Shown piece by piece: positions 8,633 to 16,572 of a DNA stretch of 64,000 nt (its first letter is position 1; each line of letters starts with the position of its first letter). A program made the translations under genes and the position numbers. The DNA is from an uncultured Candidatus Kuenenia sp. (GTDB lineage Bacteria > Planctomycetota > UBA11346), in contig CAZZJC010000025.1 in assembly GCA_964654285.1 (NCBI GenBank), positions 1,046-65,045 on the forward strand, given 5' to 3'. The notes under the pieces are model-generated. The model made no database searches and was not told where the DNA came from. It saw only the letters and a list, made by a program, of their open reading frames with translations.

Positions 8633-9222
8633 GGGGTCGGCCCTTGCGGCTCGTGCGGGGTTGCGGATGGGGCGCCGGAATAGGCTGAGAATTCCGAGTA
8701 TTTCTGCGATCGCCACCAGGCGAAGGCGGCCAGGCCGGCGACCGCGACCGCGGTGGCGAGCAGGACCAGTCCGGGCAGCCAGTCGACGGTGATCATCACC
8801 ACGATGGCCGCGATCGCGAGCAGGGCGGCGCTGTACGACGCCCAGACCCAGGCCGGTCGCACCGGCCAGATCGAACCGGATGCGGCGACCACCAGGGTGA
8901 GGGCCAGGGGCGGGCTGACCCATTCGTTCGGATTGTCGACCCCGACCGCGCGGATCTCACAGGTGTAGGTGCCGGGGGCGAGCTGCTGCGGCAGGTCGAT
9001 GCCCAGCGGCAGGCTGCGGCTGGCGCCGGGATCGAGGATGAACTCTTCACCCGCCAGGCTGAGCCCGCCCGGCGCCAGCGGCGGCAGCGGCCGGAGGTCG
9101 AGGCGCGTGCGCAGCGCGTCGCGGCCATCGTTGGCCACCTGCACCTGCATCTGGCCGCGGCGCAGCCCGGTGAGGGTGATGGAGGTCGAACCTGCGCTCA
9201 GGCGATAGGCGGCAAAAGGCAT
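8629..9222 (-). CDS. CIS-associated membrane protein: Ig-like N-domain plus two-helix hairpin anchor
   Basis: 197 aa. N-domain QVQVANDGRDAL...APGTYTCEIRAVGVDNP has the same pattern as the three downstream paralogues. Two hydrophobic helices. Encoded between the baseplate J and tail protein I genes. Confidence 0.7.
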   Translation of the reverse strand: MPFAAYRLSAGSTSITLTGLRRGQMQVQVANDGRDALRTRLDLRPLPPLAPGGLSLAGEEFILDPGASRSLPLGIDLPQQLAPGTYTCEIRAVGVDNPNEWVSPPLALTLVVAASGSIWPVRPAWVWASYSAALLAIAAIVVMITVDWLPGLVLLATAVAVAGLAAFAWWRSQKYSEFSAYSGAPSATPHEPQGPTP

Positions 9223-9291
9223 GGGGGAGGAAAGTAGGTCCGGGTCGGGCGGGTGGCAATGGTCGACGCGGCAGGCGGTGGCCAGGCGGGT

Positions 9292-12066
9292 TCAGGATTC
9301 CTCGGTGACATCGATGCGGTGGTATCCGGCGCAGAACAGCCAGGTCGGCGGCAGCGGCAGCTTGTCGAGGTAGGTGCGCTGCGAGCAGGCCGAGAAGCGC
9401 AGGCCCTCGCTGGCGCGGAACACCCCTTGCGCGCCTCCGGCCAGCAGGTGCGTCCCGCTGTCGTCGGCGGCGATCGTCTCGACCGGCAGGTGCGTGCCCT
9501 GTTCCGACGTGCTGCGCAGCGGCAGGCCGCAGTCCTGGGCCGAGACGACCCAGGCCGCGTCGGGCTGGCTGAAATCGAAGGCCAGCACGCCCGACCGGTA
9601 CGAGGCGGCATAGACCCGGTTGCCGGCAAAGGTCAGCGCCTTGCAGGTGCCGCCGTTCCAGCCCTTGCTCGCCCAGCGCCAGGCCGGCGGCGGCGGGTTG
9701 CTGCGATCCGCCGGCACGGCGGCGAGCGGCAGTTCGCCGACCAGGGTGCCCTTGCCGGGATCGTTGCCGATCGATGCCAGGCCCGCCCACAGGTGGTAGC
9801 GGTTGCCGGTGGCCTGGACTTCCAGCACGCGGATGTCGAGGTCTTTCAGGCCGATGTGGGTGAAGGAGCCGGTGCGCCCGCCCTGGTAGGAGAGGTAGAC
9901 CCCGCCCAGGGCCTCGGCCGCCACCGCGACCGCGAGCACCCCGCCGTGGCTGGCGGTGGCGACGGCGTAGAAGCGCTGATCCGGCTTCTGGGCGTCGACC
10001 AGGACGAGTTCCGGGATCGCATCGGCGACCGGGGTGAGCGAGATCAGCCCGTGGTCGGAGGCGAGGAAGAGCGTCGGCACACCATCGCGCACGGCCCAGG
10101 CGCCGTCTTCCAGGATGAACGAGGTGCGGCAGGGAGCGCTCCAGGTCTGACCGTAATCCTTGGAGAAATACACGCGGCCGGCGCGGCTTGGGGCGGGCGG
10201 CGCAGGCGGCTTCGCAGCGGCATCCGGCTTCGCTGGCGTGTCCGGCTTCGTCGGGGTCAGGGCCGGAGCCGGCTTGGCGGGATCCGCTTTCGCCGCGTCG
10301 GCCTTGGCGGACTCCAGCCGGGCCGATTCCGCCTTCGCCGGATCGGCCGGCGCGACCGGGGCGGGCACGGTGACGCTGATCGCGGCGACCAGACCGGGCA
10401 CCTGGGGATGCGGGAAGATGCGCAGGATGCGTTCGCCGGGGAAGGTCGTCGCGAGTTCCCAGCCGGCGCCGTCGTTGACCGAGACGAACAGGCGTTCGCC
10501 GCTGCCAGCGTACCAGGTGTGCGGCTTGAAGGAATCCGCCGCCAGGGCGCCGACGTCGGCCGCCGGGGCCTGGTCGACCTCCAGCGCGATGCCCTCGACG
10601 TAGGCGACCCCGGGCACGGCCAGGATGGCGTCGTAGACCTGCGAGGCGCGCAGCGGCGCCCCGAAGTCGCGTCCGGGGGCGCCGTCGCGCGCGAGCGGAT
10701 CGAGGCGGCGGTCGATCGCCGCGCCGACCTTGGCGCGGATCGCATCCGCATCGGTGTGGCGGCGGGTGACCACCCGGGCCGCGACCGCGACCTGCTTGCA
10801 GGGCACCCAGGCGATGCGGATGGCCGAGCCCAGCGGCCGGCATTCGTCGAGCGCCCGCGTCACCGCGTCGAGGGCGGCGTCGGTCTGCAGCGCGGCGATC
10901 TCGGCCCGGGTCGGGCGGCGCGGCGGCCCGGCCGGCGGCCGCGGCACCAGCAGCACGTCGACCGTGCCCGGGTCGCAGCCGGGATAGACCTGCGAACGGG
11001 TGTAGGCCTTGGCCCGGCTGACCAGGTCGCGGCAGCGGTTGACCGCGATCAGCTCGTAGTCGAGCGCGGTCACCGCGCGGCGCAGGGAATAGAACTCGAA
11101 CGGGCCGCGTTCGCTGGCGTTTTCCAGGGATTCCGCCTCGCGTCCGCCGGTCGCCGGCTGCGGGTTGGCGACCGCCAGGCCGCCGACCCCGGGCAGGGGC
11201 CGGACCAGGCGGGTCAGGGATCCGCCGGGCAGGTTGCCGCTCGGGCCGCCGCCGGCGTGGTACCAGAGGCGGATCCGGCGGCCTTCGCCCGGATAGGCCC
11301 CGAGCGCGCTCGCGCGTTCGGCGAGGACGCCGGGATCGGCGGGATCGCGCAGCCGGGCCGAGCCGGGGAAGTACACCCGGCCGAGCTGCCGGTCGACGAT
11401 GCAGGCGCAGGTGTCGGCGCCGAGGTCGGTGAAGTCGTCGACCTCGCGCCAGAGGCGGTAGGTGACGCCGTCCTCCTCGCGCAGGGCCATGCCCTCGCGC
11501 AGCTCCTCGCGCGCGATCTCGACCCCGATCGCGAACGGATCGTCGGCGCCCAGGCGGGCGACGATCGGGGCGCGCTTGGCCTCGACGACCTGGCCCGGCT
11601 TGCCGGTGCCCGTGCCGGCGGCCTCGCTGATCGCGGTGGCGTGGATGGCGCGGATCGTGACCCGGTCGGATCCGGCCGGGATGGTCGCGGCGGTCAGGGT
11701 GGTGAACACCGCCGGCTGGCCGCCGCTCTCGGCGCGGTTGGCGGCGACCTCGGTCCCGGCCGGGATGACCACCGCGGCCGGGGCCGGGGCGGCGAGGCTG
11801 AACACGAGGTCGACCCGCGCCGCCGAGGGCGGATGCAGGCGCAGGCCCAGGAGGCGCAGGAACTCGATGTAGGCCTTCTCCGGCAGCCGGTTGAGCCGGT
11901 AGAGCATGGTCTCGGTCAGGTGCGCGAAGAGCTCGAGCAGCACCACCCCGGGATCCGAGGCCGAGTTCGCGCTCCAGGCGGTGCCGCGCTCGGCGAGGAT
12001 CCGGCGCGCTTCGGCCAGGAGCTGGTCGAAGGTGCGGTCATCGAGATTCGGGACGGGCAGGGACAT
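9292..12066 (-). CDS. Baseplate J-like protein (Afp11-type) fused to an Asp-box beta-propeller-like C-terminal region
   Basis: 924 aa. N-terminus (NLDDRTFDQLLAEARRIL...DPGVVLLELFAHLTETMLYRLNRLPEKAYIEFLRLLG) is typical of phage-tail-region baseplate assembly proteins. C-terminal ~400 aa has Asp-box-like motifs (SVNDGAGW, SKDYGQTW) and a PA-rich insert. Confidence 0.9.
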   Translation of the reverse strand: MSLPVPNLDDRTFDQLLAEARRILAERGTAWSANSASDPGVVLLELFAHLTETMLYRLNRLPEKAYIEFLRLLGLRLHPPSAARVDLVFSLAAPAPAAVVIPAGTEVAANRAESGGQPAVFTTLTAATIPAGSDRVTIRAIHATAISEAAGTGTGKPGQVVEAKRAPIVARLGADDPFAIGVEIAREELREGMALREEDGVTYRLWREVDDFTDLGADTCACIVDRQLGRVYFPGSARLRDPADPGVLAERASALGAYPGEGRRIRLWYHAGGGPSGNLPGGSLTRLVRPLPGVGGLAVANPQPATGGREAESLENASERGPFEFYSLRRAVTALDYELIAVNRCRDLVSRAKAYTRSQVYPGCDPGTVDVLLVPRPPAGPPRRPTRAEIAALQTDAALDAVTRALDECRPLGSAIRIAWVPCKQVAVAARVVTRRHTDADAIRAKVGAAIDRRLDPLARDGAPGRDFGAPLRASQVYDAILAVPGVAYVEGIALEVDQAPAADVGALAADSFKPHTWYAGSGERLFVSVNDGAGWELATTFPGERILRIFPHPQVPGLVAAISVTVPAPVAPADPAKAESARLESAKADAAKADPAKPAPALTPTKPDTPAKPDAAAKPPAPPAPSRAGRVYFSKDYGQTWSAPCRTSFILEDGAWAVRDGVPTLFLASDHGLISLTPVADAIPELVLVDAQKPDQRFYAVATASHGGVLAVAVAAEALGGVYLSYQGGRTGSFTHIGLKDLDIRVLEVQATGNRYHLWAGLASIGNDPGKGTLVGELPLAAVPADRSNPPPPAWRWASKGWNGGTCKALTFAGNRVYAASYRSGVLAFDFSQPDAAWVVSAQDCGLPLRSTSEQGTHLPVETIAADDSGTHLLAGGAQGVFRASEGLRFSACSQRTYLDKLPLPPTWLFCAGYHRIDVTEES

Positions 12067-12114
12067 GGTCGGATCCGTTCGCAGGGGCAGGGCGGGGGCG
12101 GCGGCGGGGGCGGA

Positions 12115-12543
12115 CTAGCGACGGGCTTCGGGCAGGTCGCCGCCGAGATCGACGGCGAAGCGCAGGGCGTGGGTGGAGGCGTTCGCGCGCACCCGGTAGT
12201 CGAGCTGGATCGCGAGCGCCTCGGGGTGGGCGGGATCGGCGCCGGCATCGAGGGCGATGATCTCGACCCGGGGCTCCCAGCGTTCGACCGCCTGGCGGAT
12301 GAAGTGCATCGCCAGCCCGGCGGTGGTGTCGTCGTTGGGCAGGAATGCGAGCCGGCGCAGGTCGCAGCCGTAGTCGGGCCGCATCACCCGTTCGCCCGGC
12401 GTGGTCGACAGCAGCATGAGCAGCGCCTGGCGGATCTCGGCCTCGCCGTCGATCAGCGCCACCGCGCCGAGCGCGCTGGTCTGCGGCCCGCCGGCATGCG
12501 CCGCAGCATCGAGACCCGGAAAGGCGAAGCGCCAGGCGGTCAT
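12115..12543 (-). CDS. GPW/gp25-family baseplate protein
   Basis: 142 aa from ATG 12543. IRQALLMLLSTTPGERVMRPDYGCDL is the gp25 signature. The upstream extension of the 195-aa ORF runs through the repeat element and is rejected. Confidence 0.9.
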   Translation of the reverse strand: MTAWRFAFPGLDAAAHAGGPQTSALGAVALIDGEAEIRQALLMLLSTTPGERVMRPDYGCDLRRLAFLPNDDTTAGLAMHFIRQAVERWEPRVEIIALDAGADPAHPEALAIQLDYRVRANASTHALRFAVDLGGDLPEARR

Positions 12544-12630
12544 GGCAGATAACTCGACACACGGCTCGTTTGCGATCCTAGACCAAACCATGGATCCGTC
12601 TTCAGAACAACGTCTCCCAAGGATGAAATG

Positions 12631-12732
12631 AAAAATCGCAAGTGTGCCCCAGATGCAAGGCGGGAGGAAGGAGTGTGGCAGCGCCACATGACTGACGACC
12701 AACGCCGCAGATGGGGTGCAATTGCGATTTTT
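12631..12732 (-). repeat. 102-nt palindromic A5...T5 element, copy A (MITE-like, possibly a bidirectional terminator-like hairpin)
   Basis: Reverse complement differs from 30796-30897 at 4 of 102 positions (hand alignment). Its ~22-nt termini are inverted repeats of each other. Strand label only records orientation relative to copy B. Confidence 0.85.
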
Positions 12733-12736
12733 CCGA

Positions 12737-13093
12737 TCACTTCTGGCATACGAACCCCTGTCCTGCGTGCTTCACGGTGTATTTCACGGTTCCCGGCGGA
12801 GTGCCGTCGGTCAGGCCGGTCAGGGTGTCGAGGCAGACCGCCTTGCCGTCGACGAAGACCAGGTCGGACCAGCCGCCGGTGACGTTCACCACCGCGGTGC
12901 AGGGCTTGATCGTCATGCCGACGTTGGGGCAGCCGGCGATCGGGCGGCCGATCGGCTGGGTCTGGACCACCACCGCGCGGCCGTCGATGAAGACGAACGA
13001 CTGGCCCGGGATCGGGGACTGGCCGGGGACGATGCCGACGATGCCCATGACATGGGCGCAGCAGACGAGGGCGGAATCGGTGACCACGAGCAT
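12737..13093 (-). CDS. PAAR-like (DUF4280-type) spike-tip protein
   Basis: 118 aa directly downstream of the spike gene (6-nt gap). Cys pattern ...AGCPNVGMTIKPCTAVVNVTGGW...GKAVCLD...HAGQ fits PAAR-like/DUF4280 proteins. Confidence 0.7.
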   Translation of the reverse strand: MLVVTDSALVCCAHVMGIVGIVPGQSPIPGQSFVFIDGRAVVVQTQPIGRPIAGCPNVGMTIKPCTAVVNVTGGWSDLVFVDGKAVCLDTLTGLTDGTPPGTVKYTVKHAGQGFVCQK

Positions 13094-13099
13094 GGCGGC

Positions 13100-14563
13100 T
13101 CAGCCCTTCTCGAAGTCGATGCGCGCGGCGCGCAAGGTGAGGGTCGATCCGGGGGCGTCGAGCAGCAGGTTGCCGGCGGCGTGCAGGCGGACGCCGTCGC
13201 CGGCCAGGGAGAGACGGTGCCCGTCGCGGTGTTCGAGCAGCACCTGGCCGCCTTCGTCGTCGAACCACAGGCGGTGGCCGCCGGGGGCGATCCAGCCGGC
13301 CCGGCGCACGCGGCTGCCGGCCACGGCGGTCTCGGGCTGGCCCGCTTCGCTCCAGAGTCCGCCCAGCACCACGGCGCGGGCGGGATCGCCGCCCAGCGGC
13401 AGGACGAGGACGTGGTCGCCGACCTCGGGCGTCGCCACCAGGCCGCGGCCGGGGCCGGCGACCGGGCAGAGCACCTGCAGCCAGTCGCTCTCGGCCTCAC
13501 CCAGGGCGTCGTAGGTCACGCGCACGCGGGCGAGCCCGTCCGGGTCGGCGACATCGCTCACCCGGCCGATGAAGGCGGTGGCCGGCCGGCCGGGCGCCGG
13601 CGCATTCGGCAGGGCGGTGTCGAAGCGGACGCGGTAGCCGCCGGCGTCGATGGTGTGCTCGGCGTGCATCACCGTCCAGGTGCCGCCGAGATCGGCGGGC
13701 ACCCCGCGCAGGTCGAGCCGTGCCGCCGGGGCGATGCGGGTGTCGCCCACCGCGGTGCCCCAGAGGGTCGCCGCCGCCGCCGCGCGGCGGTCGAGCGCGG
13801 CCTGGGCCAGGGCCTCGGCCTGATCCGAGTCCTCGACCACCAGTCCGGCCAGGGCGAGCGCGGTCGTGGCCGCCGGTTCGCCGGCGATGGCGCGCGGCAG
13901 GCGCGGGCTGGCGGCGCTGCCGGCACGGGTCACGGCGCGGAACGGATCCCAGCCGGTGGCCGAGGCGCTGGTCGCGCCGGCGGCGGGATGGGTCTCGGCG
14001 TCGAGTTCGATCAGCCCTTCGCCCAGGGTGAGGGGGACGGGGTCGCCGTGGCCGCCGGGGCCGACCAGGCGCAGGGTGTCGCCGTCGCCGACGAGCCACA
14101 GGCCGACACGCGCGGCGACCTCGGTCAGCACCGCGAAATCGCTCTCGCCGCGCTGGACGATGCGGGCCCAGCGCGGACCCGGTTCGGCGGTGGCGGCGCT
14201 GAGGCCGTGCGCGCCGGCGAGGCGCTCGGCGAGGTCGCCGGCGGTCATCGCGGCATAGGCGGTGGTCTGGCAACGCCCGCGCAGGCGCTGCAGGGCGTCG
14301 TAGGCGCGCAGGCGGCACTGCCCGGCCTGGCCGGGGCGCAGGCGCCGGTGCACGGCGGCCAGGGTGCCGTTGAAGAGCGGCTTCGCCTGCCCAGCCACGC
14401 CCACCCGCACCTGCGCCTCGGCGCCGGCCTCGACCGCATCGGTGAAGACCAGTTCGCACTGCGCGGGCAGGCCCAGGCACTGCACGACGCGGACCGATTC
14501 CAGCCGCGCGGTGGCCGGGACGCCGTCGAGCTCGACCGTGACCAGCGGGGCCGGCAGGGTCAT
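13100..14563 (-). CDS. gpD/VgrG-like central spike (late control D plus gp5 OB-fold)
   Basis: 487 aa from ATG 14563 (ATGA overlap). FIGRVSDVADPDGLARVRVTYDALGEAESDWLQVLCPVAGPGRGLVATPEVGDHVLV is the classic VgrG/gp5 OB-fold stretch. No C-terminal effector extension. Confidence 0.9.
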   Translation of the reverse strand: MTLPAPLVTVELDGVPATARLESVRVVQCLGLPAQCELVFTDAVEAGAEAQVRVGVAGQAKPLFNGTLAAVHRRLRPGQAGQCRLRAYDALQRLRGRCQTTAYAAMTAGDLAERLAGAHGLSAATAEPGPRWARIVQRGESDFAVLTEVAARVGLWLVGDGDTLRLVGPGGHGDPVPLTLGEGLIELDAETHPAAGATSASATGWDPFRAVTRAGSAASPRLPRAIAGEPAATTALALAGLVVEDSDQAEALAQAALDRRAAAAATLWGTAVGDTRIAPAARLDLRGVPADLGGTWTVMHAEHTIDAGGYRVRFDTALPNAPAPGRPATAFIGRVSDVADPDGLARVRVTYDALGEAESDWLQVLCPVAGPGRGLVATPEVGDHVLVLPLGGDPARAVVLGGLWSEAGQPETAVAGSRVRRAGWIAPGGHRLWFDDEGGQVLLEHRDGHRLSLAGDGVRLHAAGNLLLDAPGSTLTLRAARIDFEKG

Positions 14564-15369
14564 GCGGTCTCCAGCAGGGCGCGGGCGACCGCCTCGGGCG
14601 CGGGCAGGCGCAGCACGGTGCCGCCGGGCAGGGCCTGCGGATCGGCGAGGTCGTTGGCCGCCGCGATGAGCCGCCAGTAGGCGGGGTCGCCGTAGAGCCG
14701 CGCCGCGAGCAGGTCGAGCCGCTCGCTGTCGCCCAGGCGCACGGTGGCGGCGGGTTCCTGGCTGAGCGCCGCGCCGACCGCGACCGCGGCGGCGGGCTCG
14801 GGGGCGGGCGCCACCGGGGCGGCGGTGTTCGGCACCAGGACGCGGAGGAAGCGCAGGCGCAGCCAGGATCGGCGCGGCGCGCCATCGGGAGCGAAACGCT
14901 CCAGCCGCTGCGCCACCGCGGCGACCACCCCGGGCAGGTTCCAGCGTTTGCCCCAGATCACCCGCACCAGCGGCAGTTCGACCCGGCCGGCCTCGTTGCG
15001 TGCGTGCTCGGCGAGGGCGAAGAGGGGGGCGGTGAGCTGGCGCACGTCGACGATCGGGCGGTCGTCGACGCGGGTCGGATCGGGGTCGGACATGCGCCGC
15101 CGTACCGTGTCCTGGTTCCAGCGTTCGTCCGCGACGGTCGCATGCGCGCCGGCGAGGTCGACATCGAAGAGCAGATCGAGCTGCCATTCCGTGCGTCCGC
15201 CTCCGGTCGCCGCGAGCGGCGCGTCGGCGGCGTCGCCCGGTTCAGCGGCCGAGATGCCCGGCTCGCGTGTCGCGAGGCCCGCCCAGCGGCGGATCTCCAG
15301 CGACTCCGGGTTGAGCAGGCACGGGATGCGGCTGCCGGTCGATTCGACCAGGATGATCACGCGTTCCAT
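14560..15369 (-). CDS. Tube-initiator-like protein with C-terminal LysM (gpX/Afp7-type)
   Basis: 269 aa. N-terminus (ILVESTGSRIPCLLNPESLEIRR) is typical of CIS tube-fold proteins. C-terminal LysM (VRLGDSERLDLLAARLYGDPAYWRLIAAANDLADPQALPGGTVLRLP). Confidence 0.85.
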   Translation of the reverse strand: MERVIILVESTGSRIPCLLNPESLEIRRWAGLATREPGISAAEPGDAADAPLAATGGGRTEWQLDLLFDVDLAGAHATVADERWNQDTVRRRMSDPDPTRVDDRPIVDVRQLTAPLFALAEHARNEAGRVELPLVRVIWGKRWNLPGVVAAVAQRLERFAPDGAPRRSWLRLRFLRVLVPNTAAPVAPAPEPAAAVAVGAALSQEPAATVRLGDSERLDLLAARLYGDPAYWRLIAAANDLADPQALPGGTVLRLPAPEAVARALLETA

Positions 15370-16568
15370 GGTTCACCTGCCTGTTCCTGGCGCAGCCGCG
15401 CGCGGTGCTCGGCGGCGAAGGGATCCGCCGCGACGGGCGCGGGATCGGCGGGAGGGAGCTCCGGCCAGCGGGAAGGGGGCATGGGCGGAGCGGGATGCTC
15501 GGGAATGGTCAGGGCAGGCCAGGGGGACGGCGCCTCAACGCCCGGTCTTCCTGGGAGCGCCGGCGTCCCGCCGGCCGGATCGACGGACGCCGGAGGATGC
15601 CACCGGCCTGATTTCGCGTCGACCTGCGGGCCGGGAGCGGACGGGGCGGATCGCTCGGGCCTGGTGGATCCGGGGGTGTGGGACGGGAACGGTCCGGATC
15701 GGGCGGGGGCGGTACCGGTGGACTGGTCAGGCTGGCGCCTGGCGGTCGCGGGGTCGTGGGATGGGGCTGGTTCGGGCTGGGCGGGGCTCGTGGATCGGTC
15801 GGGCTGGTGCCTGGCGCTCCCTGGATCGCGGGACGGAGTTGGTTTCCGCAGGCTGCCGGCGGGGATCTCTTCGACGAGCGAACGGATGACGACCGGGCGA
15901 CGTTCACGTCGGGGCGGTACGACCGGGTCTGCCTTCCCTGGGACGGCCGGTTTCCAACCGGCAGGCAGCACGGGAGATTCCGTCTCACGGACCGGATCCG
16001 CCTTCCCTGGGACCGCCGGTGTCCAACCGGCAGGCAGCACGGAAGACCCTGATGGATCCACGTTGTCCGGATGCGCCTTCCCAGGGACCGCCGGTGTCCA
16101 ACCGGCAGGCACCGCGGGAGATTCCTCAGTCGGGATCGCTCTGACGCGGACGGGCTTTCCCCGGTGGACGTTGCTGACAGCGGGTTGCCATGGCGCGGAG
16201 GATGGGTTTCCAGCCCGCTTGGCTGGGGTGGTCGGCGGCGGCGGGCGGCGAACGGTTGCTTCGCCTGCCGGTTGCACACCGGTGGTCCCAGGACGGGCAC
16301 CTGCCGGTTGCACACCGGTGGTCCCAGGACGGGCATCCGGGGTCGGGGAATCCACCGGCTGTTCCCCTCGGCGTCCGGTCAATGCCAGCCAATGCGCCGG
16401 TGGCGGGGGCGGATAGACGTCGGGAAACGGCGGGGCGCGCTCAGGTTCGACGGCCTCAGGCGTGAGATCGCGTTCCAGCGCCACGAGCACCGCCCCGGTC
16501 CACGCGTGGACCGGGGCGACGAGGCGGACCAGGGTTCTGGCCAGGAAACGGCGCAGGGGGGCCGTCAT
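15357..16568 (-). CDS. Proline-rich tandem-repeat protein at the tape-measure position
   Basis: 403 aa. Starts 4 nt after the tube stop and overlaps the next gene by 13 nt. Repeats ARPGTTGVQPAG x2, PAGW(T/K)PAVPGKA(H/D)P x3, AR(H/R)QPD(R/Q)ST x2. Function inferred from position only. Confidence 0.6.
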   Translation of the reverse strand: MTAPLRRFLARTLVRLVAPVHAWTGAVLVALERDLTPEAVEPERAPPFPDVYPPPPPAHWLALTGRRGEQPVDSPTPDARPGTTGVQPAGARPGTTGVQPAGEATVRRPPPPTTPAKRAGNPSSAPWQPAVSNVHRGKPVRVRAIPTEESPAVPAGWTPAVPGKAHPDNVDPSGSSVLPAGWTPAVPGKADPVRETESPVLPAGWKPAVPGKADPVVPPRRERRPVVIRSLVEEIPAGSLRKPTPSRDPGSARHQPDRSTSPAQPEPAPSHDPATARRQPDQSTGTAPARSGPFPSHTPGSTRPERSAPSAPGPQVDAKSGRWHPPASVDPAGGTPALPGRPGVEAPSPWPALTIPEHPAPPMPPSRWPELPPADPAPVAADPFAAEHRARLRQEQAGEPWNA

Positions 16569-16572
16569 CGGC

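Noticed and set aside
9253-12552. 1099-aa plus-strand ORF, plus the neighbouring 12716-14680 654-aa ORF
   Set aside because: They are antisense to the baseplate J, gp25 and spike genes, which carry strong family signatures. Their composition is Arg/Gly/Ala-dominated.
12544-12630. Homology between the lower-GC flank of element copy A and the lower-GC tail after copy B (30898-30989), which would make the element about 190 nt long
   Set aside because: I could not align the two flanks by eye in either orientation. Only the 102-nt core is demonstrably shared.
13100-15187. Long N-terminal extensions offered by the ORF track: 695 aa here, and also 8114-8923, 12115-12702, 21513-24338, 25438-27240, 35145-36779, 41136-42944, 46541-47548, 49192-51441 and 55764-56477
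   Set aside because: The extensions overlap the preceding, well-supported gene and are compositionally aberrant. Internal ATG or GTG codons that form ATGA/GTGA or near-abutting junctions with the upstream stop give proteins starting at the conserved N-termini.
15900-16340. Tandem DNA repeats that could suggest a CRISPR array or satellite
   Set aside because: The repeats are in frame inside a coding ORF and encode PAGWTPAVPGKA-type peptide repeats. There is no regular repeat-spacer structure and there are no cas genes.
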